Assembly (NCBI GenBank): GCA_965219005.1
Contig: CBDCMS010000003.1
Location: forward strand, 642,788-706,787
Reading direction: 5' to 3'
Source of the DNA: Acidobacteriota bacterium
GTDB taxonomy: Bacteria > Acidobacteriota > UBA6911 > RPQK01 > JAJDTT01
Length of the DNA: 64,000 bases
In this document: one piece after another, positions 11,512 through 21,256 of the stretch
Position numbering within the stretch: position 1 is the stretch's first letter
Layout: every line of letters begins with the position of its first letter
Program-made: the position numbers and the translations under genes
Notes under the pieces: generated by a model
What the model saw: the letters and a program-made list of their open reading frames with translations, nothing else
Told to the model about the DNA's origin: nothing
The model's database searches: none

Positions 11512-12216
11512 CTAACGCGGATGCACGGCATGCCGTCGCTCCAGCATTTCGCTGACTACCAGGGCCAGGGAAGCCAACAGGATCGATAAGGCAACCAGCC
11601 GCCAAGCCTGATCCATCCCCCCTGCCCGGTTCGCCAACGAGAAAACGGCAAGAGGCAGGGTCTGAGTCTGACCACCGATGTTTCCGGCAACCATGATGGT
11701 TGCACCGAATTCTCCGAGGCTCCGAGCGAAAGCCAGCATCCAACCCGCTATCAGCCCACGCTTGGCCAGAGGCAGGACGACCGTGAAGAAGGCGGTCAGC
11801 GGACCCGCTCCCAGGCTGCGAGCGGCTGATTCCAGACGAGGATCCGTCTGCTGAAAGGCCAGGCGGATGGCCCGGACCATCAGCGGAAAGCTGACAACCG
11901 CCGCCGCCAGGACCGCCCCGGTCAAGCTGAACACGATCTTGATCCCGAACCAGGACGCCAGAAAACTGCCAACCGGGCTGCGCGGAGAAAAGCAGATCAG
12001 CAAGAGGTATCCGGTGACGACCGGCGGCATTACCAGGGGCAAGTTGACGAAGGCTTCTAGCAGCCACTTCAGCGACGACCGGCTGCGCGCCAGCCAATAG
12101 GCGGTCGCCACCGCGATCGGCAGTCCCGCCGAGGCAGCGCAGAGCGCCACCTGAAAGCTCAGGCCCAGGGCCGTCCACTCCTCGGCGGTCAAGAAGGGGG
12201 TCTGCTGGGGACTCAT
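11512..12216 (-). CDS. modB: molybdate ABC transporter permease
   Basis: 234 aa polytopic membrane protein with ABC permease EAA-like loop (ARSLGAGPLTAFFTVVLPLAKRG). 4-bp overlap with modA stop. Confidence 0.8.
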   Translation of the reverse strand: MSPQQTPFLTAEEWTALGLSFQVALCAASAGLPIAVATAYWLARSRSSLKWLLEAFVNLPLVMPPVVTGYLLLICFSPRSPVGSFLASWFGIKIVFSLTGAVLAAAVVSFPLMVRAIRLAFQQTDPRLESAARSLGAGPLTAFFTVVLPLAKRGLIAGWMLAFARSLGEFGATIMVAGNIGGQTQTLPLAVFSLANRAGGMDQAWRLVALSILLASLALVVSEMLERRHAVHPR

Positions 12217-13010
12217 GGGGCTCCGCCCCTTGCCGGAGGCACGGTGAACCCGAACCTGTTGAAGACCGCAGCAGCAGGCGCAGACTGAAGGTATTCATAT
12301 AGCGCTCGAGCGCTCGACCGGTCTTGGCCTTCCTTCAGCAATACCAGCGGATAGATGATGGGGTCGTGGGAGCTCGCTGGGACCTCTAGAAGGATTCTTA
12401 CGCCTGCGCTGGGGGCCGCATCGGTGGCGTAGACGATCCCTGCCTCCGCCGCTCCCTGTGCCACATACGCCAATGCTTGGCGGACATCGGCAGCGGCAAC
12501 GACCTTAGTCTCCAGCGAGGGCCACAGACCCAGACTGGCCAGCGCCTGCCGGGCATAGATTCCAGCGGGTACGGCGCTGGGATCGGCCAATGCCAGATGC
12601 TCGATGGGCAGCGATGCCAGTTCCTCAATTGACTTCAGAGTCAGCTCGGAATCGACCGCTGCGATGAGCACGAGACGGTTCGTCAAGAGGTCCACGCGAC
12701 GAGCCACCAGATCCCCCTTCTCTAGAGTTTCAACCCATTCGACGTTCGCCGATAGGAACACGCTCGCCGCGGCACCGTGCATGATCTGTTGGGCCAAGGC
12801 AGAAGAGGAGGCAAGACTGGTTAGCGTTCTGGTCCCCTTCTCGGCCTGAAACGTCTCGATCAGATCTTCCACCGCGTCGGTGGTGCTCGCGGCCGCGAAC
12901 AACAGGACTGGCTGGGGCGATGTGTTGCCGCAGCGGGCAGCCATCAGGACTACCCAGAGAAGAACCACAGTAGCACTACTCGAAGTCGCGCCTCTAGATG
13001 CTTCTTTCAT
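12213..13010 (-). CDS. modA: molybdate-binding periplasmic protein
   Basis: ModA-like fold motifs (LLFAAASTTDA, VFLSANVEW). Start placed at the internal Met giving signal peptide MKEASRGATSSSATVVLLWVVLMAARCG; the ORF is open to 13064 but that extension lacks a signal. Confidence 0.75.
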   Translation of the reverse strand: MKEASRGATSSSATVVLLWVVLMAARCGNTSPQPVLLFAAASTTDAVEDLIETFQAEKGTRTLTSLASSSALAQQIMHGAAASVFLSANVEWVETLEKGDLVARRVDLLTNRLVLIAAVDSELTLKSIEELASLPIEHLALADPSAVPAGIYARQALASLGLWPSLETKVVAAADVRQALAYVAQGAAEAGIVYATDAAPSAGVRILLEVPASSHDPIIYPLVLLKEGQDRSSARALYEYLQSAPAAAVFNRFGFTVPPARGGAP

Positions 13011-13055
13011 GGATCTGGATAGATAGTACAATAACTTGGTCTTGCTGAAGGGGGA

Positions 13056-13084
13056 CCAGTACACATCGATTTTCTTCTTGTCAA
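13056..13084 (-). promoter_or_regulatory. candidate sigma70-type promoter for modABC (-35 TTGACA, 17-bp spacer, weak -10 TACTGG)
   Basis: rc of 13056..13084 reads TTGACAagaagaaaatcgatgtgTACTGG, ~45 nt upstream of the proposed modA start. No Moco-riboswitch-sized leader is present. Confidence 0.25.
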
Positions 13085-13128
13085 GACCTCTTCGGGGGGG
13101 GGTACGCTAACCGGTAGGAGACAACAAG

Positions 13129-13956
13129 GTGATAAGAACTTTTGTTTGCTTACTGACCAGCCTCGCTCTGACGTTCGGTTCGATTGGAACGAGCGTGGCC
13201 CAGAAAAAGGGTTCCGAGACCAAGCCCAGCGTGAGCCTGCTCGATCGTGGAGACAGCGGCAGAGGCGGATTCCGGGAAGGCGGCGCGCCGTCCCCCAGCG
13301 GTCCGTTGACGATCTCCTATCCGGGTGGAGGCCCAGGACCTGCCACGCCGTCGGGGTTTGGCGCTACAGGAGCGACGGTGTTCGGAAGCGGCGCCGGCGC
13401 TTTCCTGGGAAACTTTTTTCTTCCCCTTGGCATGCCCTACCCTCCGAGCTTCCTGACGGCTGGTGGGGTTCCAGGCTTTGATCTTACCGGCGCCTACGCC
13501 TTTCATCTGCCCCTTGCGGCGCTTACAGTTGGATTCCTAGGCGCCGCTGTTGTACCGGCACCTTCGCCTACTGCAGCGCCCGCTGGGCCCATTGCAGCCG
13601 GGAAGTTCGCCACGGTAGCTGTGCCATTTTTGCCAACCACCGTTACCAGCGCCCTCCTCTCTGCCCCTGGAGCGTTTGCCATTACTCCTTTGCGTGTGTC
13701 GGCTGCCAGCCCAGGCATGTTCTGCGGTCTTCTGGTCGGGGGTCCTTTTTTTGGACCAATTGGGGGTGCTGCCAACGGTCTCGGCGGCGTTTCGGGAACA
13801 CCGGCACAGCCGCCGCTTCGGACGGCAGCGTCTCCCCTTGCCACGGGGGGCTTTATCCCACCCGTAGCTGCGCCGCCTGCTCTGGCCTATATCGCTGGGT
13901 GTTTCGCTGATTCCTCCACGACCCCGGTGGAACTCATGAAATTCTCGGTCGAATAG
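13129..13956 (+). CDS. secreted Gly/Pro/Ala-rich low-complexity protein
   Basis: Signal peptide MIRTFVCLLTSLALTFGSIGTSVA followed by ~250 aa dominated by G, P, A, T (GGGPGPATPSGFGATGATVFGSGAGAF...). Consistent codon periodicity over 828 nt; divergent from modA. Confidence 0.45.
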   Translation: MIRTFVCLLTSLALTFGSIGTSVAQKKGSETKPSVSLLDRGDSGRGGFREGGAPSPSGPLTISYPGGGPGPATPSGFGATGATVFGSGAGAFLGNFFLPLGMPYPPSFLTAGGVPGFDLTGAYAFHLPLAALTVGFLGAAVVPAPSPTAAPAGPIAAGKFATVAVPFLPTTVTSALLSAPGAFAITPLRVSAASPGMFCGLLVGGPFFGPIGGAANGLGGVSGTPAQPPLRTAASPLATGGFIPPVAAPPALAYIAGCFADSSTTPVELMKFSVE

Positions 13957-14117
13957 CGAACCGCTGGCTTTCGACTCACACTGGGTGTTAATTCAGAATC
14001 GCACGCGGCCGGGCAGGCGTTCGCCGGGCCGGTCCAACCAATGACTCGGGGATGATGTCCAGCTCTAGGTGTCGTGCGCTCTTCGGGCCCAGCTTTCCAA
14101 CAGTTCATCGCCATCCT

Positions 14118-15782
14118 ATGGTGCGCTCTCTCATTGGGCTGACGCTCTCGTGCCTGCTTTTTGGGTGCCGCAACTCAGACAGCAGCCTGGTCGCGAGAGA
14201 TCGCTACGGTACGATCGCTGTGGCCGATCTCGATGTCTTCGTGCGATCGCGTGCGGAGCAGGAGCGTCGGGTGCCGCCGGGGACCGATCCGAACGACTGG
14301 TTGGTCGAGCGGCTTGAAGATCTCGGCGTGAAGCGTCATCTGGAGCAGGCCGAGGAGACTCGCGCTTATCTCGAAGGACCACAGATCCAGTTCAAGCAGC
14401 GCTGGGCCCTGCTGGTGGCCTCGACTCAGTCGCTGCTGGCACAACTCGGGGCTGAAGCGCCGAGCGACCAGGAGGTTGCTTTCCCAGACGAATCCGAGGA
14501 GCCGGCGCGGGAGCCTCTGATCAGTTTCCGGCATATCTTCTTTCGACTGGATCGTGCCCAGACGGAAGCAGAAATACGCAGAATCCGGAGTGTGGCGGAA
14601 TCCGTGACCAAGCGGGCAAAGCACGGAGAAGACTTTGAGCAGCTAGCTCGCGAATACTCGACATCGGCAAACGCTGCCTCAGGCGGCTTGGTACGCAGCC
14701 AACGCTTGTCCCTACTGGATGAGCGGGCTGCGGCAGTTCTGGACTCGCTAGAAGAAGGAAAGATTTCCCGGCTGCTCGAGACCCGAACCGGACTGCATCT
14801 CTTCCAGCTCGACCGCCGCGTCGAGGTGCCCGCGCCATCTCCGGAAGAGCAGCGGACAAGGGCCGAAACCCGCGCCCGCAGGCAGACAGTGGCGAAAAGG
14901 CTGGAGTCGTTTGCAGCCGAACTCCGCAACAAGATCAATGTGCAGACCGAGAGGTTCCCCTGGCAGGTAGGACCCTGGTCGCTATCCGAACAGGAGTTCG
15001 GCTGGGCGGCTGCCGCGTTCGGCGGTCAGCCGGGAGAGGCACAGACGAAAATCGAACGAACGCTTCTTTTCGCCGCCGAAGCGGAGTCGCGAGGCCTTCT
15101 GATCGACTCGCTGGAGAACAAGATCCGGGCGGAAATCGAGGCGGGAGCGAGGGTACAGACCTTGGCGTCGCGGCGCCGGAAATGGGTCGACGCGATGGAT
15201 CCCAGTCGGGTGCGAGGTTTTTTCGAAGCTCGGCCTTCTGCCTTCATGACCCCTGCTCGGGCGAGTCTGGGGCTGATCTTCATACCCCAGGGAAAGGATG
15301 TGTTCGGCACCCAGCGAAAGGCGGAGGATCTCGTCGCCAGGTTGCGGGACCGTGCGTCGTTCGCCGCTGCGGCCAAGGAGCACTCTGTCCACGCTAGCGC
15401 TCTTGAGGGCGGCGATCTGGGCTGGATGGAGCCTTCCCAGTGGGCTGAGCTTCAGCCCCAGGTCTATCGCGCAGTAAACCAGATGGAGCCAGGCGACATC
15501 ACCGATCCCATCTACTGCACTCCTCGCCTCTTGACGGCGAATCCTCGAACGCTTCGGGGTGGCTTCGCCATCGTCGTTGTAAGGGAACGGCGCGAACCCC
15601 GTCAACGGTCGTTCGAGGAGGCCATCGACGACATTCGGCGGGCCTATGCCAACCAGAACCGCAGCGAGGTGGAGAGTGAAGTCCGGGCAGAACTGTTGAC
15701 AGAGTCGGGTTTCGAAATACTTCGTTCCCCGCGACCAGAGCAATTCATCAGCAATGCGGACGCGGAAGCCAAAGAAGAGTAA
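14118..15782 (+). CDS. PpiC/parvulin-type peptidyl-prolyl isomerase (SurA-like) lipoprotein
   Basis: Lipobox LTLSCLLFGC. Motif pattern suggestive of a C-terminal parvulin-type (PpiC) domain (GGDLGWMEPSQWAELQ; precise placement unverified). Long alpha-helical SurA-like N-region. ORF is open from 14052; internal Met at 14118 preferred. Confidence 0.55.
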   Translation: MVRSLIGLTLSCLLFGCRNSDSSLVARDRYGTIAVADLDVFVRSRAEQERRVPPGTDPNDWLVERLEDLGVKRHLEQAEETRAYLEGPQIQFKQRWALLVASTQSLLAQLGAEAPSDQEVAFPDESEEPAREPLISFRHIFFRLDRAQTEAEIRRIRSVAESVTKRAKHGEDFEQLAREYSTSANAASGGLVRSQRLSLLDERAAAVLDSLEEGKISRLLETRTGLHLFQLDRRVEVPAPSPEEQRTRAETRARRQTVAKRLESFAAELRNKINVQTERFPWQVGPWSLSEQEFGWAAAAFGGQPGEAQTKIERTLLFAAEAESRGLLIDSLENKIRAEIEAGARVQTLASRRRKWVDAMDPSRVRGFFEARPSAFMTPARASLGLIFIPQGKDVFGTQRKAEDLVARLRDRASFAAAAKEHSVHASALEGGDLGWMEPSQWAELQPQVYRAVNQMEPGDITDPIYCTPRLLTANPRTLRGGFAIVVVRERREPRQRSFEEAIDDIRRAYANQNRSEVESEVRAELLTESGFEILRSPRPEQFISNADAEAKEE

Positions 15783-17904
15783 TCGGCAGTCGCTGAGGAC
15801 GCCGCTGGCCACATTGTGCGCCGCGGTATTCCTCTGCGCCTGCTCGAAACCGCCGCCGAACGTCTATCTCATCACCATGGACACCACACGGGCCGACCAC
15901 CTGAGCCCGTATGGACACGATATCGAGACACCCAATATCGCCTTCCTGGCAGAGCAAGGCGTCGTCTACGATCGCTGCTACACGCCGGTTCCGATTACGC
16001 TGCCCTCCCACCTTTCCATCCTGACCGGAACCTATCCCTGGTTTCACGGCGTCCATGAGAACGCCGGGTTCTACGTGTCCGAAGAGATGACGACCCTGGC
16101 CGAAGTATTGAGTGGGGCGGGCTATCGCACCGGCGCCTTCGTTGGGTCCTACCCGCTGGACTCACAAACCGGACTGGACCAGGGTTTCGAGGTCTACGAC
16201 GATCACTATCCGTCCAGCCTGGAAGAGGGCAAGCATCCCATGCTGCGCGGCTTCTTCGACGAGCGGCCGGCAGCGGGCGTGGTGAGGCCCGCGCTGCAGT
16301 GGCTGGACGATCTGGGGGACGATCCGTTCTTTCTCTGGACCCACTTCTTCGATCCCCACCAACCCCATCGGCCACCGTCGCCTTACGCCGAGCGCTATAT
16401 GGACAGACCCTACGATGGAGAGATCGCTCTGGTGGATGAGGCGATCGGCCGGGTGCTGGAGAAGCTTCGCAGCCTTGATCTCCTCGATGATACCGTGATC
16501 GTCCTGACCGCAGACCATGGTGAGGGCCTGGGCGATCATGGGGAGCTGACCCACGCGCTGCTCCTGTACTCTGCCACGGTGCGGGTGCCGCTCATCCTGG
16601 TCGATCCCGAAGGCGTGCCGGGCCGTGTCACCGGGCCGGTGGTAACCGTAGATATCTTCCCCACCCTTCTCCAGCGTCTTGGATTCGCTCTGCCCGAAGC
16701 GGTGCAGGGAAAGCCGCTGCCGTTGAACGACTCCCAGCAGCTACCCGACCGTATGATTCCGACGGAAACTCTCTACGGTGCTCTGCTGCACGGGTGGAGC
16801 CCTCTGGAACGGCTCACTTCGGACCGATGGGTCTATATCCATGGACCGGAGCCGCGGCTGTTCGACTTGTCAGTAGATCCAGGGGAAACGCAGAACCGCA
16901 AGGGCGATCATCCCGAAGTGGTCGCCAATCTGGCCCAGAAGCTGCAGGATCTGCGTCGCTCCCTGACCGGGTCGATGGCCGCCCGCGCCTCCTCGATTTC
17001 GCCGGAGAAGATCCAGCGGTTGCAGGCTCTTGGCTATCTCGCGAGCAGCACGACAGCGGATCCGACCGGTCTGCGCGTCGACGCTAGCCTCCCCGATCCC
17101 CACCAGGCAATCTCGGTGTTTCGGGAGATGAATGAGGGCAGACAGCTGGTGAACGACGGCAGGGCAGCCCTTGGGGCCGCCCTGCTGGAGCGTGCACGAC
17201 AGTCCGATCCATCCAACCCCTTCTTGCTGTCGGATCTGGCCCGAGGTTATCTGGGGACCGGGGATCTGGAAGCGATGGCCGGAGTACTCGAGGATCTACT
17301 GAGCCGAGCACCGGAGAACCTTTCGGGCTGGCTGCTCCGCGCAGAGTGGGCTCGGCGCAGCGGGGACCAGCCGGAAGCCCTGGCGGCGATGGAGCGCGCC
17401 ATGGAGTTGGATCCCCGGAACAAGGCAAGTCGTCTGGTGTTGGCATATTGGCTAGAGGATGCCGCCCGTCTGGAGGAAGCACTGGACATGTATCGTCAGC
17501 TCCTGAAGAACGCCCCCGACCACGAGTTGGCGGTGAACGGTCAGGGGGTCCTACTCTACCGGATGGGCCGCGTCGAGCAGGCGGTGGAGGTGTTTGAAGA
17601 TCTGCTTCGCGCCCAGCCTTTTTTTGCTCCGGGCCACCTCAATCTGGGCGTGATTCGGTTTGACCAGGGCCGCTCTCCGGAGTCGCTGGCTCGAGTGGAA
17701 CGCGCACTGACCCTGCGCCCGAGCTACGGGCTAGCCTACGAGCTCAAGGCGCTACTGTTGGAGAAGGCTGGGGACTTCGACCCGGCACTCAGGGCTTGGC
17801 AGGCGGCCTTGCGGTTTGCCGCCACTCGTGAGGCGTATGATCGAGCGCAGGCCTCGGTCGAGCGCATTGAGGGAGGTGGAGACGGTTCGGAGCCCGCCTC
17901 CTGA
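15754..17904 (+). CDS. alkaline-phosphatase-superfamily sulfatase-like hydrolase/transferase (Thr nucleophile type) fused to C-terminal TPR repeats
   Basis: Lipoprotein signal (LATLCAAVFLCAC). ITMDTTRADHL and LTADHGEGLGDHGE metal-site motifs. The nucleophile position reads TLPSH rather than C/S-x-P-x-R, so Thr-type like LtaS/EptA. C-terminal ~300 aa are TPR-like helical repeats. Confidence 0.65.
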   Translation: MRTRKPKKSNRQSLRTPLATLCAAVFLCACSKPPPNVYLITMDTTRADHLSPYGHDIETPNIAFLAEQGVVYDRCYTPVPITLPSHLSILTGTYPWFHGVHENAGFYVSEEMTTLAEVLSGAGYRTGAFVGSYPLDSQTGLDQGFEVYDDHYPSSLEEGKHPMLRGFFDERPAAGVVRPALQWLDDLGDDPFFLWTHFFDPHQPHRPPSPYAERYMDRPYDGEIALVDEAIGRVLEKLRSLDLLDDTVIVLTADHGEGLGDHGELTHALLLYSATVRVPLILVDPEGVPGRVTGPVVTVDIFPTLLQRLGFALPEAVQGKPLPLNDSQQLPDRMIPTETLYGALLHGWSPLERLTSDRWVYIHGPEPRLFDLSVDPGETQNRKGDHPEVVANLAQKLQDLRRSLTGSMAARASSISPEKIQRLQALGYLASSTTADPTGLRVDASLPDPHQAISVFREMNEGRQLVNDGRAALGAALLERARQSDPSNPFLLSDLARGYLGTGDLEAMAGVLEDLLSRAPENLSGWLLRAEWARRSGDQPEALAAMERAMELDPRNKASRLVLAYWLEDAARLEEALDMYRQLLKNAPDHELAVNGQGVLLYRMGRVEQAVEVFEDLLRAQPFFAPGHLNLGVIRFDQGRSPESLARVERALTLRPSYGLAYELKALLLEKAGDFDPALRAWQAALRFAATREAYDRAQASVERIEGGGDGSEPAS

Positions 17905-18089
17905 TCGTGACCACGGTGTAGGATGGGCATTCCTGCCCGTCGCTCGATTTTTGCCGTTTTGATTTCAGTGAGAGGCCCACAAGACCCATCCCACGCCCGT
18001 CACTACTCGATCAAGTTTCAGCTTATTGGTGAGTTGGAACGTGTTAAGGTTCCAATCCAATGACCTAGACCGCTCTCGAGGTAGATCGA

Positions 18090-19418
18090 ATGCTCGGGCT
18101 AATCTTTTGGTTACTGGTGCTGCCGCTCTGGGCGGGGGAACCTGGAGCCCAACATGAGCAGTACTGGCCGCAATGGCGCGGACCTCTGGGTACTGGTGTC
18201 GCGCCTAGAGCCGAACCGCCCGTCAAGTGGAGCGAGGATAAGAACGTCCGCTGGAAGCGAGCGCTGCCGGGTCTCGGGCATTCCACGCCGATCATCTGGG
18301 GTGACCGCGTCTTTTTGACTGCTGCCGTTCCTTACGGCGAGCCCCTGGAACCCATCTACGATAATGCTCCGGGCTCGCACAGCAATCTGCCGGTGACGCG
18401 AAGACACAAGTTCGTGGTGCTTGCCATCCGCCGCAGTGACGGGAACATTCTTTGGCAGCGGACGGTACATTCCGAGCTTCCGCACGAAGGGGGACATTAC
18501 ACCGGGAGTCTGGCGTCCGCCTCACCGGTTGCTGACGGCGAGCGCCTTCTCGTTTTCTTCGGCTCACGTGGAATCTATTGCCTGGACCTGGACGGAAAGT
18601 TGCAGTGGAAGAAGAACCTGGGGGCGATGCGGACCAAGCACGGGCATGGAGAGGGCAGTTCGCCGGTACTGCACGATGAGACCTTAGTCATCAATTGGGA
18701 CCACGAAGGCCAGTCCTTCGTGATGGCACTCGACAAGCGCACCGGAAACCAACGCTGGAAGATCGCTCGCGACGAGGTCACTTCGTGGGCCTCTCCCACC
18801 ACCGTTGTACAAAATGGGATTCCCCAGGTCATCATCGCCGGAACCGATCGCGTACGCGGCTACGATCTTGCGAGCGGGAACGTTGTCTGGGAATGCGGGG
18901 GGCTCTCAGACAACATTGTCGCCTCGCCGGTCGCCGGCAAGGGCATGGTGTTCGTGGGCAGCAGCTACGATAAGCGCGTCTTGTTGGCCATAGATCTTGC
19001 TGGAGCCAAAGGCGACATCACAGGAACCAAGCATGTCGCGTGGTCGAGTTCTCGCCGGACGCCATACGTCCCATCGCCTCTGCTCTATGGAGAGTCACTC
19101 TACTTCCTCGCTCACTACCAGGGTGTTCTCTCACGAGTCGCCGCCAGGACCGGAGAAGGTCGTCCCGGGCCCCTTCGTTTGGAGGGTATAGACAATGTCT
19201 ATGCCTCTCCGGTAGCGGGAGCCAATCGTGTCTATGTGACCGATCGCAGGGGAACAACGATTGTAATCAGTCACGAGGACAAGCCCAGAGTCCTGGCGCG
19301 GAACCGGCTGCAGGACGGCTTCAATGCGTCGGCCGCGTTAGTAGGACGTGAGCTCTACCTGCGGGGCGAGAAGCACCTCTATTTGATCAAGGAGACCTCC
19401 AGTAGTCCGGGAAAATAG
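18090..19418 (+). CDS. PQQ-like (BamB-type) beta-propeller repeat protein
   Basis: Signal peptide, WPQWRGPLGTGV motif, repeated W-containing blades (RVFLTA, ILWQRTV, LQWKKNLG, VVWECGG) typical of PQQ-enzyme-repeat propellers. Confidence 0.7.
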   Translation: MLGLIFWLLVLPLWAGEPGAQHEQYWPQWRGPLGTGVAPRAEPPVKWSEDKNVRWKRALPGLGHSTPIIWGDRVFLTAAVPYGEPLEPIYDNAPGSHSNLPVTRRHKFVVLAIRRSDGNILWQRTVHSELPHEGGHYTGSLASASPVADGERLLVFFGSRGIYCLDLDGKLQWKKNLGAMRTKHGHGEGSSPVLHDETLVINWDHEGQSFVMALDKRTGNQRWKIARDEVTSWASPTTVVQNGIPQVIIAGTDRVRGYDLASGNVVWECGGLSDNIVASPVAGKGMVFVGSSYDKRVLLAIDLAGAKGDITGTKHVAWSSSRRTPYVPSPLLYGESLYFLAHYQGVLSRVAARTGEGRPGPLRLEGIDNVYASPVAGANRVYVTDRRGTTIVISHEDKPRVLARNRLQDGFNASAALVGRELYLRGEKHLYLIKETSSSPGK

Positions 19419-19490
19419 GCCCATTTCCCGAAGCAGAGGAGTCAGCAAACGGAGAGGACTAGGAGAACTATCACCGGGGCGGTCCTGGCA

Positions 19491-21254
19491 ATGGCTGTCT
19501 CCGTACGGCTGCTGCTCGCGGCGGAAGCGTGTCTCTGTGGTCTGGAGGTCGAATACTCGGTCAGTTTGCGGCAGAGGGCAGAGCACCGCTGCCTGGTAGA
19601 GATGCAGATCCGAGGGGTCAACCATCCCTATCTGGATCTGTCCCTCCCCGCCTGGAGCAACCTCTATCAGCTCAGGAACTTTGTCGACAATCTTACCGAT
19701 GTCAGCGCCTCAGATTCCGATGGCAAGCCTTTGGGAGTGCGGCGTATCGCGAGCCACACCTGGCGTATCAAGACCGATGCCGCAACCTCGCTCAGCGTTC
19801 GCTACCAGGTCTTCGCTAACGTACCAGGAGATTTCTACAGCCTTATCGATGAGCACCACGCCTTTCTCAACGGAGCCAACATTTTTCTCTACATGGAGCA
19901 GCACCGCCGCTTACCTCACAGCGTAGAATTCGAGGATATGGACCCGACCTGGCGAATTGCTACCGGCCTTGACCAGGACGGATCGGAGACGGCGTTCCGG
20001 GCCCAGGACTACGATCACCTTATCGACTGCCCCTTCGAGATCAGCGACTTCAACAGAATCGACTTCCGCTCCCACGGCGTGGATTTCGAGATTGTCTACC
20101 ACGGCCAGCGAGGAGTGGAGGAGCCGGAAAAGTTTCGCTCTACCCTCGAACCCCTGGTAGAGACCTCGTTCCAGCTTATGCAGGATGTCCCACTGAAACG
20201 TTATGTTTTCATCTTCCATTTCACCGGGGTCAAACAGGGGGGAGGCATGGAGCATCGTAACTCTACCGCCATCAACAAGCCTCCTGTCCTGGAGCCCATC
20301 ACCTCGGCTCGGAACTACGTCGGCATCGCCGGAGTCTCGGCTCACGAGTTCTTCCACCTCTGGAACGTCAAGAGAATCCGCCCCCACCACTATCTCGAAC
20401 CGGACTGGACTCGCCCCATCCCGACCCCGGCACTCTGGTTCAGTGAGGGGTTTACCAGCTACTACGGAAGTCTCATCCTGCTGCGATCCGGCCTTCATAG
20501 TCCCTCCCGCTTCTTTCGCTCTATGGCGGGACGGATTCGAGGGATTGAAAGCAGGTCTTCGCATCGGCGACTGAGTGTGGAAGAGGTCGCCGCCAATGCT
20601 TGGCGCTACCCTGAACCCTCCTACCTTCTCGCCGAGAACAGCTACAGCTATTACAGCAAGGGAGCCGTGCTGGCATTCTTGGCGGACCTCAGGATTCGGT
20701 CCGAGACCAAGGGCCGCCGTTCCCTGGATGACGTCATGCGTTTCTTGAACTGGTTCTACGCGAAGCCGGGAAAGGGGTTTGAGCCCCAAGACCTACCTCG
20801 TGTCTTCAGTTCGGTGTGCGAATGTGACTTCAGCGAGTTTTTTCAGAATTACGTGAGCGGTACCAAAGCATTGCCGTATCAGGAATACCTGGCACTGGCG
20901 GGTCTGGAATTGGTTCGCGGAGAGAGGACCGCTACCGACTTCGGCTTCGAGGCCACCAGCAACCACGGCAAGCCGCCAATCGTTGCAGGGATAAGCAAGG
21001 GCTCGCCAGCGGCAGAGGCCGGGCTCCAATTGGGGGATGTAGTGCTGTCCCCATACCGTCGTACGAAAGAGGGTGAGGAGCTGTCGCTGAAGGTGCAGAG
21101 AGACGGCGAAGAGCATAAACTCAACTTCCAGACGGGCGAGAAGCAGGTTCTCACCATCAAGATCGGAAGCCTCGAGGATCCAAGTCCGGTCCAGCGCCGA
21201 GTCCGAAAAGGGCTAGTGGAAGGGGACCGGGGGATCGGGAAGAGTGAAGAGTAA
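19491..21254 (+). CDS. M61 family glycyl aminopeptidase with C-terminal PDZ domain
   Basis: Zinc motif HEFFHLWNVKRIRP (HExxH) in M61 context; C-terminal PDZ-like GISKGSPAAEAGLQLGDVVLS. Confidence 0.75.
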   Translation: MAVSVRLLLAAEACLCGLEVEYSVSLRQRAEHRCLVEMQIRGVNHPYLDLSLPAWSNLYQLRNFVDNLTDVSASDSDGKPLGVRRIASHTWRIKTDAATSLSVRYQVFANVPGDFYSLIDEHHAFLNGANIFLYMEQHRRLPHSVEFEDMDPTWRIATGLDQDGSETAFRAQDYDHLIDCPFEISDFNRIDFRSHGVDFEIVYHGQRGVEEPEKFRSTLEPLVETSFQLMQDVPLKRYVFIFHFTGVKQGGGMEHRNSTAINKPPVLEPITSARNYVGIAGVSAHEFFHLWNVKRIRPHHYLEPDWTRPIPTPALWFSEGFTSYYGSLILLRSGLHSPSRFFRSMAGRIRGIESRSSHRRLSVEEVAANAWRYPEPSYLLAENSYSYYSKGAVLAFLADLRIRSETKGRRSLDDVMRFLNWFYAKPGKGFEPQDLPRVFSSVCECDFSEFFQNYVSGTKALPYQEYLALAGLELVRGERTATDFGFEATSNHGKPPIVAGISKGSPAAEAGLQLGDVVLSPYRRTKEGEELSLKVQRDGEEHKLNFQTGEKQVLTIKIGSLEDPSPVQRRVRKGLVEGDRGIGKSEE

Positions 21255-21256
21255 AA

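Noticed and set aside
13011-13128. Molybdenum-cofactor (Moco) riboswitch upstream of modA
   Set aside because: The leader is only ~120 nt and I could not recognise the conserved Moco-motif helices. A plain promoter (TTGACA) is the more economical reading.
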